From Ramazzottius varieornatus (taxonomy: Eukaryota > Animalia > Tardigrada): 64,000 nt of DNA. The notes beneath the pieces were generated by a model. It was not told where the DNA came from. It made no database searches and saw nothing but the letters and a program-made list of their open reading frames with translations. This document shows, piece by piece, positions 15,737 to 30,299 of the stretch. The position numbers were made by a program, and so were the translations under genes. The stretch covers positions 837,378 through 901,377 of the forward strand of contig BDGG01000014.1 of NCBI GenBank assembly GCA_001949185.1. The letters are read 5' to 3'. Each line of letters starts with the position of its first letter. Position 1 is the first letter of the stretch.

Positions 15737-18700
15737 TCATCTGTGACTAGACTTTGAATAAAAATGCCCATTGGAAGTTTGCGGCTTGTTTGAATTGTGG
15801 GAGGAATTAACGGTGAGTAAGGGAAGGGTTTCTGGTTCGACTGCTGGAAGGTTTGAATGGTCCAAGGAGAAACTGGTGGTGAGAACTGTGTTGGCAGGTC
15901 GGTGATTGTTGTTAGTGTGAGCAATGGCACTGCTGTCCGAGTCATGCAAGGCAAACGTCACACTGGAGTTTTTACGATTGCGATGCGGGACATGAGGGGG
16001 ACTGTCCTGTTCGACGGTAGTGACAGTGGGAGACATGGGCACAGTCATGGTTACGGCACAGACAGAGGACAAGCGCCGACGATCGCGCTGCGAGTATCGG
16101 GACGAACTACGCCGGGAACGAAAGATGGATCGCAATACCTCCGTCGAGGAGACCAGGCTGGTGGAAGCTGTCCGTGTGGACGACTTGCGCCGGTCCATGG
16201 CCGGCACCGCGTCTGTGTTGTAGATGCTACCGAAACGGAAGGATTGCGTCGTTTCCGGGTTGCGACGCAGCGCCGCCCGGTAGAAACTCTTGGAGATGGC
16301 CATCTGAACTTCGGTGTTGAGGAAGCAGTAAATTAAGGCAACGAATATACCCTAAACAAGAAAGCCATCAATATTGAATTATGGGACACTTTAACCGTTG
16401 AAAATCGTCAGCCCATATTTCAGGGCTGCATGCCACCGATGAAAGCTAACATAGAAGTAAAATTACGAGTTAGAATAGTCAGAAACGTCGTGCAAAGCTT
16501 TGTAATATGCAGATCAAACTTTTATTTCTTTTATTGGGCAGAGAATAATTCTTCTTAAAGTTAGTGCAACGGAATTAAAAACGCCGAGAAATAGTAGCAG
16601 TTTTCTCCCCTCTTTAGAGACAAATGTTACCCAGGAGTGTTTTACGAACCTGAGATCCTTTTAGGACGAGATTGACAATGATGTAAGCCTGTATGGAAAG
16701 AAAACACTGTACTGTGTAGCGCGAAACTGCGTCACCCCCACTCTGTCAAGTGCAAAGCGTGATGATTCGTGCAAAAAGTGGCTGTGATTGACTTGTTGTT
16801 AGGACGTCAGGAAAGTCAGGAGCGTCATGACCAACCTTTTCGCCGAAACCGTTGTCATTGGGATTGGCGACGAAGAGTAAATTGGATATGCCCAGAAGTG
16901 GTACCAAAATAAACGTGGCTTTGATTGCTTTGCGCACTTGCACCGTCTCCACGGCATTGTTGGCTCGTAACTTGGTCACCAGCACGATAATGATCATGAT
17001 CAAAAACATCAGGTTCACCTGCAAAACTGACTTGCACCTGCCAACCCTTTTGCTGCGCTATTTCCTCAAACAGAGGTTGGTGTAACATCATCAATGGATT
17101 GGAGTTTGCTGACCAACGCTGACACTTACCACAAGTGCCACTAAACAAGGTCCGGTGATGATCCAATGGTAGGGTTGCTTCGAGTATTCGGACCAGCATT
17201 TGTTGGGCGGGGCCTTAACGATATCTCCGGCGGCACTATACTGGACGTCTTCAGGAGCGTATTCCGTGGCCAGAGCCCAGGCAATGGCTAATACCAGCGG
17301 AAAACCTGCAAGATATTACTTGGTTGTTCACAAAGGCAGGCCAAATGGGCCACGAGGACATACCCCAGCCTATGAAGTAGTAGAGTTTGAAAGGCGCTTC
17401 TTTCTTGAAGACCGCCAGGGTCAGTCGTTGAGACAGGTATAATCCTTCGACAAAGGTCCACATAATACTGGCCGGTACCGCATAGAAAGACAGGAACATG
17501 AAACTTTTGCACAGCCACGCCTGACAGATAAGAGAAAATTATTTATAAGGATATAAGCGGGATGGGATGGGAAAATTGGTCAGGAGTAATCGTACCTCTC
17601 CGTAAATGGTTTCATCACCGGTAATACGTGGAGAGAGAATGACCAGCAGTGAAATTACGTGAAGCAGAAGTGCCGCGCAAAGGTTTTTGTGGATGGAATT
17701 GCGGTTGCAGTAAAGGGTCCTATCAACAAAACAGTTGCGTTTAAACAGTTGCGAGAAATCGAGCTTTATTTGGCCTTTGTTGATGGCGCTTACTTGAAGT
17801 GGGTAAAGATGAAGAAGGAGATGGAGAGAAGAATGACGGAAGTTACAGCCAGACCGGTGAAGACGTAGACCACAACGTTCTTCGTCTGCTCGTCTAACAA
17901 TTCGACCTTCTGCAAACAAACACAAGGTTTACGAGATGACAACTTGTTACAACCCTGTTATTCAGGACTTTTTTGTCTTTGATTGATCGGTTAATCCATG
18001 AGGCTTTTGCAAATTGAATTATGTCTTGGATTCGACACTGTCGTTGGGGCTTTTCAGTATCGAGCTAAGTAAATCAGGCCGGTTCCTGAACTTGACATTG
18101 GCGCGGAGGAGATATAAACGGATGAGAGTGTCTTTTGGAGCGTGTTTGTTGAGTGAGAAACACGCGGAAGTTGCGTGAAGCTCAACTTGAAGGGATGAGG
18201 GCGGGCTGGGCTTGACGTATGTTTAACTCGAATATACAAAGGCTTGTCATGCAGTGCGAACTTACTGTCGAGCCATTAATGGTCTCCAAGTGAGTCTCTG
18301 ATGGACCAGATTCGCTGAGGCAACTATCAAAGTACTGCTTGCAGGCCGTGTAGTTCCCGTTCTGCGTCAGCCAATGTCCGTCCGCACCGCAGTCTCGGTA
18401 GGCTATCAGGTTGGTGGTGTCCACAGACGCTGCAAGTAAAAGCCAAACTTTTGAAGCCTATACGATCGTAAAAAAACGGCCTGCAAAGGGGGCATGAAAG
18501 TGACTGAGAGGCCGGCAAACGAAAGGTACAGAAGTTAGACGCTACCTTAAGTGGCGCCAATTTCCAGCCATCAATAATGAAAGTGCAGATCTGGACAAGA
18601 TCCGTTTTCTAAACGGTACACATCTGCAGCAGTAACACCGTCAGTGGTGCGCCATTTATTCTCGACAGGATCACTTTTTCAAGTGGCGCATCCTTACAGG

Positions 18701-19578
18701 CAACAACAGTGAAAAAGTCTGTCACCTAAGGCAGTGATCCTGCATGTTTTGTTTACCGGCCTCTCAATTCATAATTGGGTTTTCAGACTGCCTGTGTGGT
18801 GGATAGTCACACTGGGACCCCTTCGTCCGCACTGCCCACTTTTCCACAAAGAGCCTCTCTTTTCTTTTACGTGGTCACGTCACTGCCTCGCTGACAGCTA
18901 CATTAGTGCTTCACTGCCTCAAACGAAAGGCCCAGCCGTATCCATAGTTGACTGGTGTCATTCGGATAATATTGTGAAAACTCGACAATGAGACGTTTTT
19001 CTACGATTTAGTTTCTCTCATGCCTCGAAACTGGGGAACCCGTTAACAGGTCGTAACGGGTTGCTTTTCGACAGTGGTCGTTAAAGATCTGGTGGCATTC
19101 GAGCCTTTAACCTCCGTTCGTGGTTAATGAAAACATTCTTGGCAAATGCTTTGGCAGTGGTCACCGGAGTGACAAATCGAATGTGAAATATGTTTAGGTT
19201 TTGCTGAAAGGACTTACGGAGTACTGTTTGGCAATGGGTATGAAAGGCCTCAGTGATGATATCAGCACAAGGCGCCACACTGCGACCAGGTAACTTCTTC
19301 TCCCAGCATTTGTGTCCGTCGAAGGTCACGGGACAGTAAACTCCCTCTGCATGGTCCTCCCGAGGGTTCAGCCACGAGTTGAGGTAGCAGCTGAAAGCTT
19401 TACGCAGACAGCTAGGGCGGTCTTCTGGGTCATCGGCATTATGGCAAATCTCCGTGTCGTTCCGCACCTGCTCAATCTGCTTCTGTTGCCATAAACTTAA
19501 ATCACTCCAGCTGCCTTTCAGGTCACGCAGGATGGAAAGGTAGATATCTTTAGCAGTAGCGCCTTCACTGCTGTCCAT
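15737..19578 (-). CDS. Class B (secretin-family) GPCR, CRF/DH44-receptor-like, multi-exon
   Basis: Hormone-binding domain YCPVTFDGHKCW..C, AYRDCGADGHW..NYTAC; RNSIHKNL; WTFVEGLYL; YYFIGWG; VRKAIKATFILVPLLG; Ser/Thr-rich tail. Confidence 0.88.
18548..18739. repeat. Intronic tandem array of fixed-spacer palindromes (2 full units plus a half unit)
   Basis: GATC at 18599, 18669 and 18736; arm pairs 18610-20/18648-58 and 18680-90/18718-28, each separated by 27 nt. Confidence 0.7.
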
Positions 19579-22500
19579 CTCGTATCCGGTATGTTAACAG
19601 TGGGATGACGAGTGGCTGGTGATGAAAACATTCACGGACATTGTGGGCGGTTAATCGTCCTTCTTCGAAGATGGAGGGTTTGTCCCTTGATAAACCGGCC
19701 TGCAATCAAGCAGAAAAAAGAGTTCAAAAGTTCGCCATAGTTGCAGAGTAGAAAGAATTCATCGGGACTGCTGTTATATTAATTATCATCCTAGAACAGT
19801 GTTCAGCGTCAGACACTGGAAACCAATAAGAGTAACGATCACAATCATTCCATTCTAGTGCACCCTATTTTTATGTACGAGTACTGTAGAATGTTAAGTG
19901 CCGTGGGGGAGACTAAACGGTTGGAAAGTTGCATTTATCGCCAAAATTGTTCCTTCTGCTAATTATCATATGGTGGGAAGAAGATTCAGAATGATTAAAA
20001 GATACTTTTTGATTATCGTCTACAAATGAAAAGTCAGACAAGTGCGAATATGTTTTGATAAGCATCTGAATGGGGGAAAAATGGTGTATGTTATGACTGA
20101 GCGACTGAGCGTTAATGTGATTTACGGCTATTGGATGTTTGGCTACCCCATGACAAATTGTAAATGACAGACTATGGAAGCATTTCGACGCAGGAACGTG
20201 GAGTGATTTTGTAGCTAAACAAAACACCATGCTTTGTCCTGGGCTGGAGGGAGCTTCCTGTACTGATCGATTCTGCCCGTCATTGTGGGAGGAGAGTCCA
20301 TCATGCGTTCTCATTACACACTTCTTTCGCGCGACGTGTTATGCAACTGTGGACACATCATCAGCAAAGTCTACGCATCACATCATCCACTTCAAGGCCG
20401 GTCGGTCCAGCAGGCATCTTAGTGTCTCACGCTGGAGAAAATCTGGTGGAGAGTTTGGAGGGAAGAAAGCACTGATTGGATCTATCCAAATCAGTCAATT
20501 TACCTACTGTACCATCTGCTCTGGGATACCCAGATGGTGCGAAGACGAATCATCGACGTCGTCGTTTGCATTCTTGATCGCTCGGGCACACCATTGTGAA
20601 CGTGGTGTGCTGAAAACATGGCGGCTCTTACATGCCCACTACCCCTATACGGGGCAACCGATGGAACTAGACTAGCGCAAAAGACAAGGGCGGCACTTAG
20701 GTGGGATCAGACGAAAGTCTGCACTTAGAGAGCCCAGCTGTCGTCTACAGCAGCTTCTTTAAATTTAGAGTGCAGATAAAGAAGTTAGGAAAGCTAAGGG
20801 ATGTTGAGATATTGATCCTGCCTGCTTAATAACTGCTATCGGCCTCGACACACATACGGCACTTGCTCCCGTCCCAAGCCTTCCTCTAAAGTGTTCCCTG
20901 AGCACATCCGATGTATTCACAGATGTAATTTAATGTCCCTCCACAGTAGTCTTGCCACCAGATTCTTCGATTTTGATTTATTCAGGAGAGAAAAGAAAAT
21001 CGAACAAGTTCAAGATAATTAGTGCCTTGAAGCTGTGAAAAATGAATGGCTAATTGATCGAGGCTGGGAAAGCGCCATTGATTATTTTTCGAGCTAGCTG
21101 TTGATTCTGGCCATGTCTGCTGGAATGTTGAATGGCAAGGCTGGTAAGCGGCTGACAGTTGCCGGCCACGTTTATATTTCGGAGGGTATTTTGGGTCTGT
21201 AGATCTCCTCCTGCACCTGCATATTGATCCAGGCTGGAGCTGTGGCTCTTCTGACAGAGACAGCGTCACAGCTGCTCACTGACCGTTTGGCTGGCTGGCT
21301 GGCCTGATGTTTGCTGTTGGATGGCAGCAGGAGCTGCATGGCCATCCAGGCAGCTAGCGCAAAACGATGGTTGCAGGGCACCCACCATGTTGACACTGTA
21401 AGACAAGCCGCGCACTTCCGCCCTAAAATCAATCCGCCTTTTGATATACAAGCACTCTGTCTGTCCTCCTTCCTTCTTTCAATCACTCCTGCCCGCAGAC
21501 TTGGCTTAAACACTGACCTTTACTGATCGCCCTCCAAAATCAACAAACAGTCCGACAAAATGCAGGACATGAGTAGTTATTCGCTAGTGTAGCAGAAACA
21601 CTCATCAGTTAGTATTTTTTGGATGTATAACAGCGGGATGATTTTCTTTTTTTTTCACTGCTTTTGATGTTACAGAAAAAAGTAATTTGAGGTTGATAGT
21701 GGGGATTAGCGTAATGCGAGCGGAAAGTCATCGGCGACTGATGGTGGGGGCGTCAAAGCTGGGCAAAGCCGATAAGTGTCAATGAAATAATTGAGAGTCA
21801 GATATGGGAGGCTAAATCAGTTTGCAAATGGCTTGGATGGTACTTCCCTAGAGGCAGACGTTTTCCGCCGGGAATAGCTGGAGAGCTCTTGTCGCCTTCT
21901 TCTGCCGCCGGCCAGATTTACCCAGGACCTTCTTCAACTCTTTATTGAAAAAGGCGCGAGTTCGTCAGCTGACAAATTCAAGATCGACCTTCAACCAAGC
22001 GTTTCGAACACTTGACAGTCGGAACAGCGTCAACTCTTCAGCTTGTTCAAGAAAAAGACAGACGAACGATAATGGTGCTCTGACCAGAATATCGGAAGGC
22101 GACTGATTTGTGTACGGGAAGATGGAAAAAGGTCGTTTTTAATTGCCGGAGTGATTTTACCGAGGTCGCCAATGACAAATGTTGATGTGTCGATGTCTTG
22201 ACGAATGGTGAAAGAGGGTGAATAATTAGCTAGTGGAGAGCGGAGATTGCTTGGCGGAGCTTGTTAAATGGCACGAGTGGCTAATGGCGGGTAATTTGTC
22301 GCTTGCCTTCTGGCATGCTCACTAGGCCTGGTCCGCCCCGTCGAACCCACAAAACAACATACGGGTAAATGGTGGCGTGATGAATGGAGGAGATAGCCAT
22401 TTCTAAAGTCTGTTGCTCCTACTACAATCTCTCCCGTTTTCACTAAAGATAACACACCACACTCAATCCTCCACTACCCTAACCACGACAACCAAAGAAG

Positions 22501-25159
22501 AGGGCACTGCCGAACGCAATTGCCGGCAACGAGACGCAGATATGGCCGGCAAATGAGAATGTAACGACCCATTACGCAAGGGCTAAAGAAATTTTCCCCC
22601 CAATGCAGAGCAAGCAAAGACAGCCAAGAGTAGTCTATGCAACCGTTACATTTTTCTATGGTATTTCTTCACTGCGAGGATTTCAGAAAAAGTTAGGTAC
22701 ATCACTGAATATTTTCTACGGCATTTTCTTCCGTTGCAAATCGTTACTGCGTGATATAAAGATATAATAAAAGGAGGAAACATACGAAAACGGTGTACAA
22801 TAATCACGAGTTTTTCTGTAGCGTTACAGAGAACTTAACTAGTAGAAATTCGAGTATACTGAGTCGGAAATCGGCTCGATGAGAAAAGCCAAAATTAAGG
22901 ACTTACAGTTTTAATCTTGGAATATCCCGAATGTTTGTCGATAAAGATTAGCGTGTAGATTCAAAAATCGCATGTTTGTAAAGGAATACCCGAGAGATTA
23001 TGAGATTCCCTATTGATGAAGCCTTTGAGGGAGAACTGGCACAGAAGGGAGGATGCACAGCTCTTATGGAAACATTATTCGTTGGTGCATTCCGGTGGGA
23101 CAAGTCATAATTGAGCACTTAACGAGGCGTAATGAGCAATCAAGAATGCGTATAGGCCAATTGTTGATGCCCTTCATTAGCACGATAACCAAGTCATCGA
23201 ATTTGCTCTTCCCATAACGTGCCACTCGATCAAAAAATAGCTGACTCTGAATTCTGAAATCCCCAAACAAGGAAGTGAGTTTCCGAGTACTGGGATTTTC
23301 GCTTGAATGATCAATGAACGGCTGACTGGTTCAGAGAAGAGGGAAGATACGGAAAATTGGTACAACCGGAAAGTCGACTGACGAAAAAAAGTATGCGGAA
23401 GAGAATGCGGGGGTTGATGTGAGAAGGAAGTTTGTCGGGTATGCGAGGAGCTCTCTTGCTGGTTGGCTCCGGCTATTCTGAGCCTCGTAGTTGACTGCAA
23501 CTGCAAGTGTACACTTGGCCCAGCAGGCTGTATGCTCCTTCCCGATATATCGACGGGAAGTGATGGCGGCCAATCTGCCGACGCCAGCAAAGAGAGTACA
23601 AAAGAGAGTATAGTGGCTCTCCATCGGCCTGAGAAACACTACAGCTAGCCAGCTCGTTCGTTCGTTGCATCCAAGTGTGAGAGGGAATGATGGCAGCGTC
23701 GCAACTCGATACTTTGCAAGCCGGGAAGGCATTGACGTGAAACCCGATGAGCCTACTTTGCATCAGCGCCATTCTGTGTCAAAAAAAACTTCCGGAGAAG
23801 AAATAGAAAAAAACTCGGAGATGATTACAGCGCAATAACGCTTCTCGAGGGTGCCACAACCCGGAGGGCGCAAGCCAGATACTGAGATCACAGTATGCCG
23901 CTCTACTGTTCGCCGGAAAAATCGGTCGAAGATCCAGAATGGACAAGACCAAAAAACTCTTGCTTCAAAATTTCTTTTCAGAACTTAGAATCTGAAATAG
24001 GCCGGATTTGTTTTATCATTTACTGTGTTTGGGTTTTCCGGGTTTGCCGAGTTTCAACTTAGAATGCTTAGAAGGAATATATTGTACATCAGGCGATCGA
24101 TACGATATCTGCCCTGTGTTGATTGAATAGCTGGGTTAATTTGGCGCTTGTCAGCACCATGTATGCAGCGGTTAATTAAAGACCCAGGATATCGAAAAGC
24201 CGACTGTGAGCTGATGCAAACATTGCGGCATGCAGACGCAGTCACTAATCCCGGACATTCGCGTACTGCAGAAAGGAAAGGGCTTTAACGGGTGCGCATG
24301 TCAAGGGGATTGGGCGACCATCGACTTGACACTTGGATCAGAACCCGTCACCAGCCATCCAAACGAATGTAAGCGAATGTTTTCTTCGCTGATACCATGG
24401 TTTTACGTTGTGGCTAAAGCTTTCAAGAGAAGAGTAGGCCAACCCTGGTACAATTTTTACATCCGCTTCTTGAACCTAAAGCCGTCACTGTTGCACTTCA
24501 AGAGAAACTCCCCGGCTTTACTTACCCAGATTCATCCCTACTAGATTGATTGATTTAGCCTTTCTTGATACTTGTACAACGGCGCTTTGTACTTTCCAGT
24601 GTTTCAACCGTCCCTTAGGTTATGCTCCAGCAGGAACACGGAAGATAACAGACGGACGAGAGGTTGATACCCTTATTTACAGTGGGGCTGTAGGTCGCCC
24701 CTTCCCTCAGTTCCTTGTTGACTGCGGGTAGGCGCAATCAGTTTTACGAGCAATCTGTAAAGTATACAGTTGCGAACGCAACGCAGACTGGTGCAGTGTG
24801 GTGCTTCAAAAGGTTTGTTGCTATCTGGTGCGCGATCAGCAGCTGGAGTTCGACCGCGAGCACGCATTGCAGTTCGCCGAACTTGTCTATCAACATTTGC
24901 ACGCATGGACGCCACGACACAAGAGTTTATCACAAATACAGCCAGCAATCCTCCACGGATTTTCTCCCTCGATAGAAAAATAATCTTGACGTGTCAGAAG
25001 ACGTAACGAAGTGAAGTTAGCGAACACCCACAAAGACGTTGGGTGTCAAAATGTATGTTGGACTTAGGTGTTAAGATGATTGTGGAGCCCTCTTGCACAA
25101 AGACAAAATGTGTCTTGATGCCTGTCGCTGCCTGTCGCTCGAAGCAGTATTTCAAGAGT

Positions 25160-25370
25160 AATATCTTCAAGAGGCTTTTGAGTTGTTATTTGATGATTGA
25201 CGAACTGAAGAAATGCTGGTTGATGCTTTGATGGCTGGACAAGTTCAAGAACAAGTACGTCCTGTTTTCACAGCTGACGCATGGCTTTCTCGGTTGAGCG
25301 CGGTACTCACTTATTTTTAGCGGCGTAAGGTAAACAGACCGCTCATCAATGACGACCCACCGCTCCAGCC
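25160..25370 (+). mobile_element. Possible hAT transposase dimerisation-domain relic
   Basis: Reading through stops gives YL..L*WLDKFKNKYVLFSQLTHGFLG*..IFSGVR*TDRSSM, loosely like the hAT WW...yP.Ls.la...L...eR.FS..tdrR signature. Confidence 0.3.
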
Positions 25371-26539
25371 ATCGTGTCGTAATTTCCGCTTGTTAAATGC
25401 TACACAGTGGGCCATCATACATAAGAAGGAACTCCCGCTGATTTATGGCACTGTAGTTACTTTTAGCAAACGTCTGGTTTCAGAAATCATACTCTTCGTG
25501 AAGTTACCGATTTCCTAGGCTGAAGCTGAATTAACCACCCACAGCACATACCTTGACAGCTGTCCTTAATCCGCTTGTTTTTCGCGCTGGATTGGATATT
25601 CCAGTCGAGCTTCTTCCGGTGTCAAGTGGAAGTTTACCGGCGGATTTTTCCCGTTTCTGGGGAAGAAAGAACAAGGAGAAAACAGAAAACAGCCTGTACT
25701 GTAGCTCGTGGATTGCAAGCGTAGGTAGATCGACAGGCGATATGGTAAATCACCACTACGCGCCTTCCTGGTCGTCAGTGGGTTATCAGGTTATCAATGA
25801 GTCTAAGGTGGAGTTTTCGCACTTTCACCAGATAATATTGCCTATTTGATTAGAGTAATAACCGCCTTGGGAGCTGATTAGGTACAGCCGGCAGCACGTG
25901 AAATACAGTGTGAACTAAACGGGTATGACAGGGAAAGTGTTGATTGTCGCTGCAGCAAGGGACTAAAAGTGGCAAGTATTAAAGAAGAAGAAGAAAAGCG
26001 TACAAAAGTAAATATAGTCTATTGTGTCGTCTCAAGAGTGCAGCAACAAGAAAGCAGGACTGTTCTGGAGTGCACCGTCAAGCTGCTCGTTGTCGACGCG
26101 TTGGTAGGTTGTAGAGCCAGCTAGGTTATGCTGACCAAGTGTTGACATTGCTCGCACACTGACATTGAGGCGAGCAACGCGGAACTTCATTTTTGTTCAG
26201 TCATTTTCCCATAGTCAATCAATGTGCTCGACCCACCAAAATCAAATCTAGTCGGCATGAGACACGTCCCGCTAAAATTAATATACCGGAAATCGAGACA
26301 TCATCACCGAGCTCGCGCCTTTTGTCTACATCATACCAATCGTATCAGGTGCGGAAGTATAACTTCACCCCCTTAAAACACTATGCCTTCAAAAATTCAT
26401 AGTTCTACCCCTCCCGTCTTTTCGTTCTAACCATTTTTTTCTGTCAGTTCATCAAAACCCGTCCTTGGTTTGACACTTCATTGATTCAAGTTTTTTAGCT
26501 CTGGGGTACGGTAGGATTATTTTGGCTAGTCAAGCGTCA

Positions 26540-27010
26540 CTGAAATTTCGGAGGTTTTGGTGCCTGAATTTCATTGAGGCACGAACGCATCTTGCACCGC
26601 CGACAAAATCGGATTCGTGTTTGACGATGAAACCGCTAACAGTTTTATCGTGATTGATTGGGTCGATCGGTTTCGTTCTGGAGATTTATCATTCAAAAAT
26701 TACCATTACGGAAGACTGAAATTGAAAGTGAATGACAATGTACTTGCTGACCGATTATGTCACACCCGGTTCTCCCTAAACTATTGTATAATTTTTGAAG
26801 GACTGACATATTCCTCCCCGAAGTCTTGCTGTAAACAAAAACGGAACGGGGAAGGCAAGGAAACAAGAGTAGTGGATACCCCACTTACTTCGCACACCTT
26901 AAAAAAGACACAGAGTTCTGCCTTTTCTCCCTCACTGGAGTGCCGATAGCGAACCGCATCCCTACCGGTGACAGTACGGGTGTTTTTAGAAGGTTTCTAA
27001 GCGAGGAACG
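26540..27010 (+). mobile_element. Mariner transposase N-terminal relic
   Basis: VFDDETANSFIVIDWVDRFRSGDLSF....GRLKLKVNDNVL resembles the mariner HTH (v..W..rFrsG..sl.D.prsGRp); no intact DD34D domain; boundaries approximate. Confidence 0.65.
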
Positions 27011-27900
27011 GTGTGTTTCGACAGAGGCCAACCACCACGGAAAAGTCTGAACCGTGAGCAGCACTAAGAGAGAACCATGATAATACCAATAGTTTGATGG
27101 CCACGTAACACCCTTGACCGCTATAAATCTCTCTCACCCAGCAAAGGGATAAGGACAGTCTCGAACTCTCTGAATCAGAGAGTTTTTATGGAAAACGTTT
27201 CCGTTCAAAAGACAAACTCGATTCGCGGACTGGACCCACTACAGTTGCAAGACATTTCCGGAGTGCGCACTGAACAAAACACTGCCGCAGAACTGCAGGA
27301 AGAGGATCTGAGAATTCGCATTCCCGCTTCTTATAGTAAGATCCTGGAACTAACAGGTAATCAGCTGCTCAAGAACTAGGACCTTCTCCAGCGAGATAGA
27401 AAAATTTTCCCGGAAAGCGGTCGAAGAGTGCCATTACAAATTTTTAGTTTTTCGGTTCCCCCAGGCTTCTGCTGCAATGGAACGGAATGTCTTCCAAAAA
27501 AGCCTCGGGAGTGCTGTGCTGGCATGGGTGTACAAGTTGATAAAAAAACTTCAGACCTTGCGTCAAGAAAAATTTTTTGACTTCGGGAGAGGACAAGGGC
27601 ACAAGTCATGCTTCCACACCTGATACCTTTGCACGAACTACCCACATGACGCAAACGTACAACACGAAGAGCTGTTTCCCTCCAGCCTATGCGCCAGTGG
27701 TTGCATTCAAGTCGTACACACACGAAACACGTAAGTAATATCTTATCAAGAGTCAAAAATAGGATAAGACGAACTTGAAAACTAAAACCAAGAATAGACA
27801 GAGGGTCGTGATTTAATATTGCCAAGCTGTTCTGCACACCTGTATCATTTCTTTTTTGATATTTATCAGGCTACGTTTTTGTAAAACCGGCAAAGACAAT

Positions 27901-29608
27901 ATGCGCCCAGTCTCCCTGTCTTCATGCTCCAGTGAGGATCAGTGCGCCCTGCCAATCAAGCCTGTCAGATTCGGCCACCGTCATGTCTTACTGGTGCTGG
28001 CTTTCTGCGGAATCTGCTTCATGTATGCGACGCGTGTAGGACTAAGCATCGCCATGGTGGCCATGACGGCGCAGCCAGTGGGCTGGCAGCATTCTGACAA
28101 CCTCAGTGTTGCCTGTCCGGCCAACGTCCCCATGCAGCAGCTCAACGTAACGAAGAGACACAGGACGTACAACTGGGATCCAAAGATGCAAGGTCTGCTT
28201 CATGGTGCCTTCTTTTACGGCTATCTGCTCTCGCAAATACCTGGTGCGTGGCTGTCCCACCGGATAGGGGCAAAAGTGCCCTTCGGCGTTAGTATGGTGG
28301 CCATCGGAGTGCTGACCATCTTTGCACCTGTGGCTGCCGACGCCGGTGTGGGGACCTTCTTCGTCTTCCGGCTGGCCGTTGGATTCTTTCAGGTAATCAG
28401 AAGCATGATGCAGTACAGGGTTTACTGTTGAGAAAACGTACCTGTGCGCACGTGCACAGTAGGATATATCAGGTAATGATGGAAAATATTGTGGAGGAAC
28501 GTTAAAGTGCTCTGTCTGGTTCAGACTGCATACAATTAATCTTTAATAAATAGCTTGCTGGTTTTCCAACATGATCGGCCAGATGGCCTCCTGATTACCT
28601 AAACGCCGCGTTGCTTTTTAGGGCATCATATTTCCATCGATCACATCGTTATGGACCAAATGGGCTCCGCCGCTCGAGCGAGGTCGGTTACTGTCCGTAA
28701 CCTACTCCGGCGCCCACCTCGGCACTGTCTTCGGCATGTTCGTCGCCGGCTTCCTGGCTGACACTCACGGCTGGGAGTCCATCTTCTTTGTCTTTGGTGG
28801 CCTGTGCCTCCTCTGGGCCCTGCCCTGGTTTTTCATTGCCCACGACTCGCCTGCACAGCATCCTCGAATCTCCGCGCGTGAGCTTGCTTACATCACTCAT
28901 TCACTCCGCTCCGATACTTGCCCAAAACCCGAGTTCATTTCTGGCCTGGCTCCATCTTCCCTCCACAGACCAATTCCCCTTACCGCCATCCTGAAAACAC
29001 CGGCCTTTCTCGCGGTCCTCGTTGTCGAGTTTGGCCACCACTGGGCGTTCTACACCATGACCACCAACCTGCCAACCTACTTCGACCACATTCTCCATTT
29101 ATCAATACGTAGAAATGGCGCACTTTCGGCCATGCCTTACCTAGTGCGCTTCATCGTGACGATTCTTGCCGTATTTCTCGGTGATTACTGGAGGACTCAG
29201 CGCACATTCTCCCCGTCTACTCTTCGCAAGATTTTTTCTAATACCGCGTTTGTGGGAAGTGGAGCTGCATTGATAGCGGTGGCCTTTGTGGGATGTAATA
29301 GTACCCAGGTTGTTGCGCTGTTCGGAGCAGCTGTCGGATTCAGTGGGATGATTTACGCTGGCTACATTATCGGCTACAGTGAGATGTCGCCGACCTTCGG
29401 CGGGATTTTGATCGCCGTCGGAAACAGTTCGGGGACAGTGACGGGCATCGTCGCCCCTTATGTCGTTGGTGTACTGACGCAAGGTCCGGAGGGACAGACG
29501 GTCGAACGGTGGCAGATCGTTTTTCTAATTTCAGCTGGCATGTATGCCTTTATTACCCTGGTTTATACCATATTCGGCTCAGCAAAACGGCAGAAATGGG
29601 ACGAGTAA
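27901..29608 (+). CDS. SLC17/sialin-like MFS anion transporter, 2 exons
   Basis: Y.TRV.LSIAMVAM, YNWD..QG...GAFFYGY...QIPG, KWAPPLERG, GWESIF, DSP..HPRIS..E..YI; intron 28393-28621. Confidence 0.92.
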
Positions 29609-29798
29609 AAAAACGAAAAGCAAAACAAACGCTACTGCTATGTAGATACCGTTGGAAAAATCTCGTATGAGTTACAGATCAAAGAGAACACGTTGTGTTA
29701 TTCAGACAGAAGAACATTATTGACTACTGAATTGCATTGGGTGCAGTTCATAAGTTTGTTGACGGACTGGCGCAGCTTGCCCAGTGAAAAGAACAGTA

Positions 29799-30251
29799 CA
29801 CGCGCGACGAGATATTATGGGCCAGTGAAAATTACGGGCCCGGCGGAAAAGACGGCAAATTTACAATTTGTATGGAAATCAGAAACACATATCGGACAAG
29901 TGACGTAACGTTGTAAAATTCAACCGTAGAAAATTGTCATGGACAGTGGCCATCAGCTGTTTCATGTTTTACTCTAACACTGTAACGCTGCTGTCGACTT
30001 TCTCCAGGAGAAGCCCTGGACTAGCTTGAACTGTTGAAGTTGTGCGTGCTCCGGTAAAACGAAGATCTAGAAACTGCTATAACAATTATATGACAAGTTT
30101 TAGCTCTTCGGCCCAATATCCAGCACGTCCGTACAGCAGTCCAGCCTTTGATGTTAGTTTTTGCTTGTAGCAAGAATCACCTGCCCGTGCCGAGGTAGCG
30201 AAAGGGCCTGGTCAGTAATTTTTACTGGCCCGAAATATCCCGTCGTTCGTG
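29799..30251. mobile_element. MITE with ~46-bp TIRs and TA target-site duplication, related to the 180-bp MITE family
   Basis: Left end CACGCGCGACGAGATATTATGGGCCAGTGAAAATTAC vs right end reverse-complemented CACGAACGACGGGATATTTCGGGCCAGTAAAAATTAC; TA on both flanks. Confidence 0.8.
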
Positions 30252-30299
30252 TAATGTACAATCGGATTCACCTAAAAGACGGTATAGATTAGAGCATTC

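Noticed and set aside
18548-18739. Repeat-spacer arrays as CRISPR-like loci
   Set aside because: The arms are inverted rather than direct repeats, there are only 2-3 degenerate units, the spacers share weak similarity, there are no cas genes, and the context is eukaryotic introns
19900-24700. Many short ORFs upstream of the class B GPCR
   Set aside because: No recognisable motifs or coherent exon chain; probably non-coding or decayed repeats
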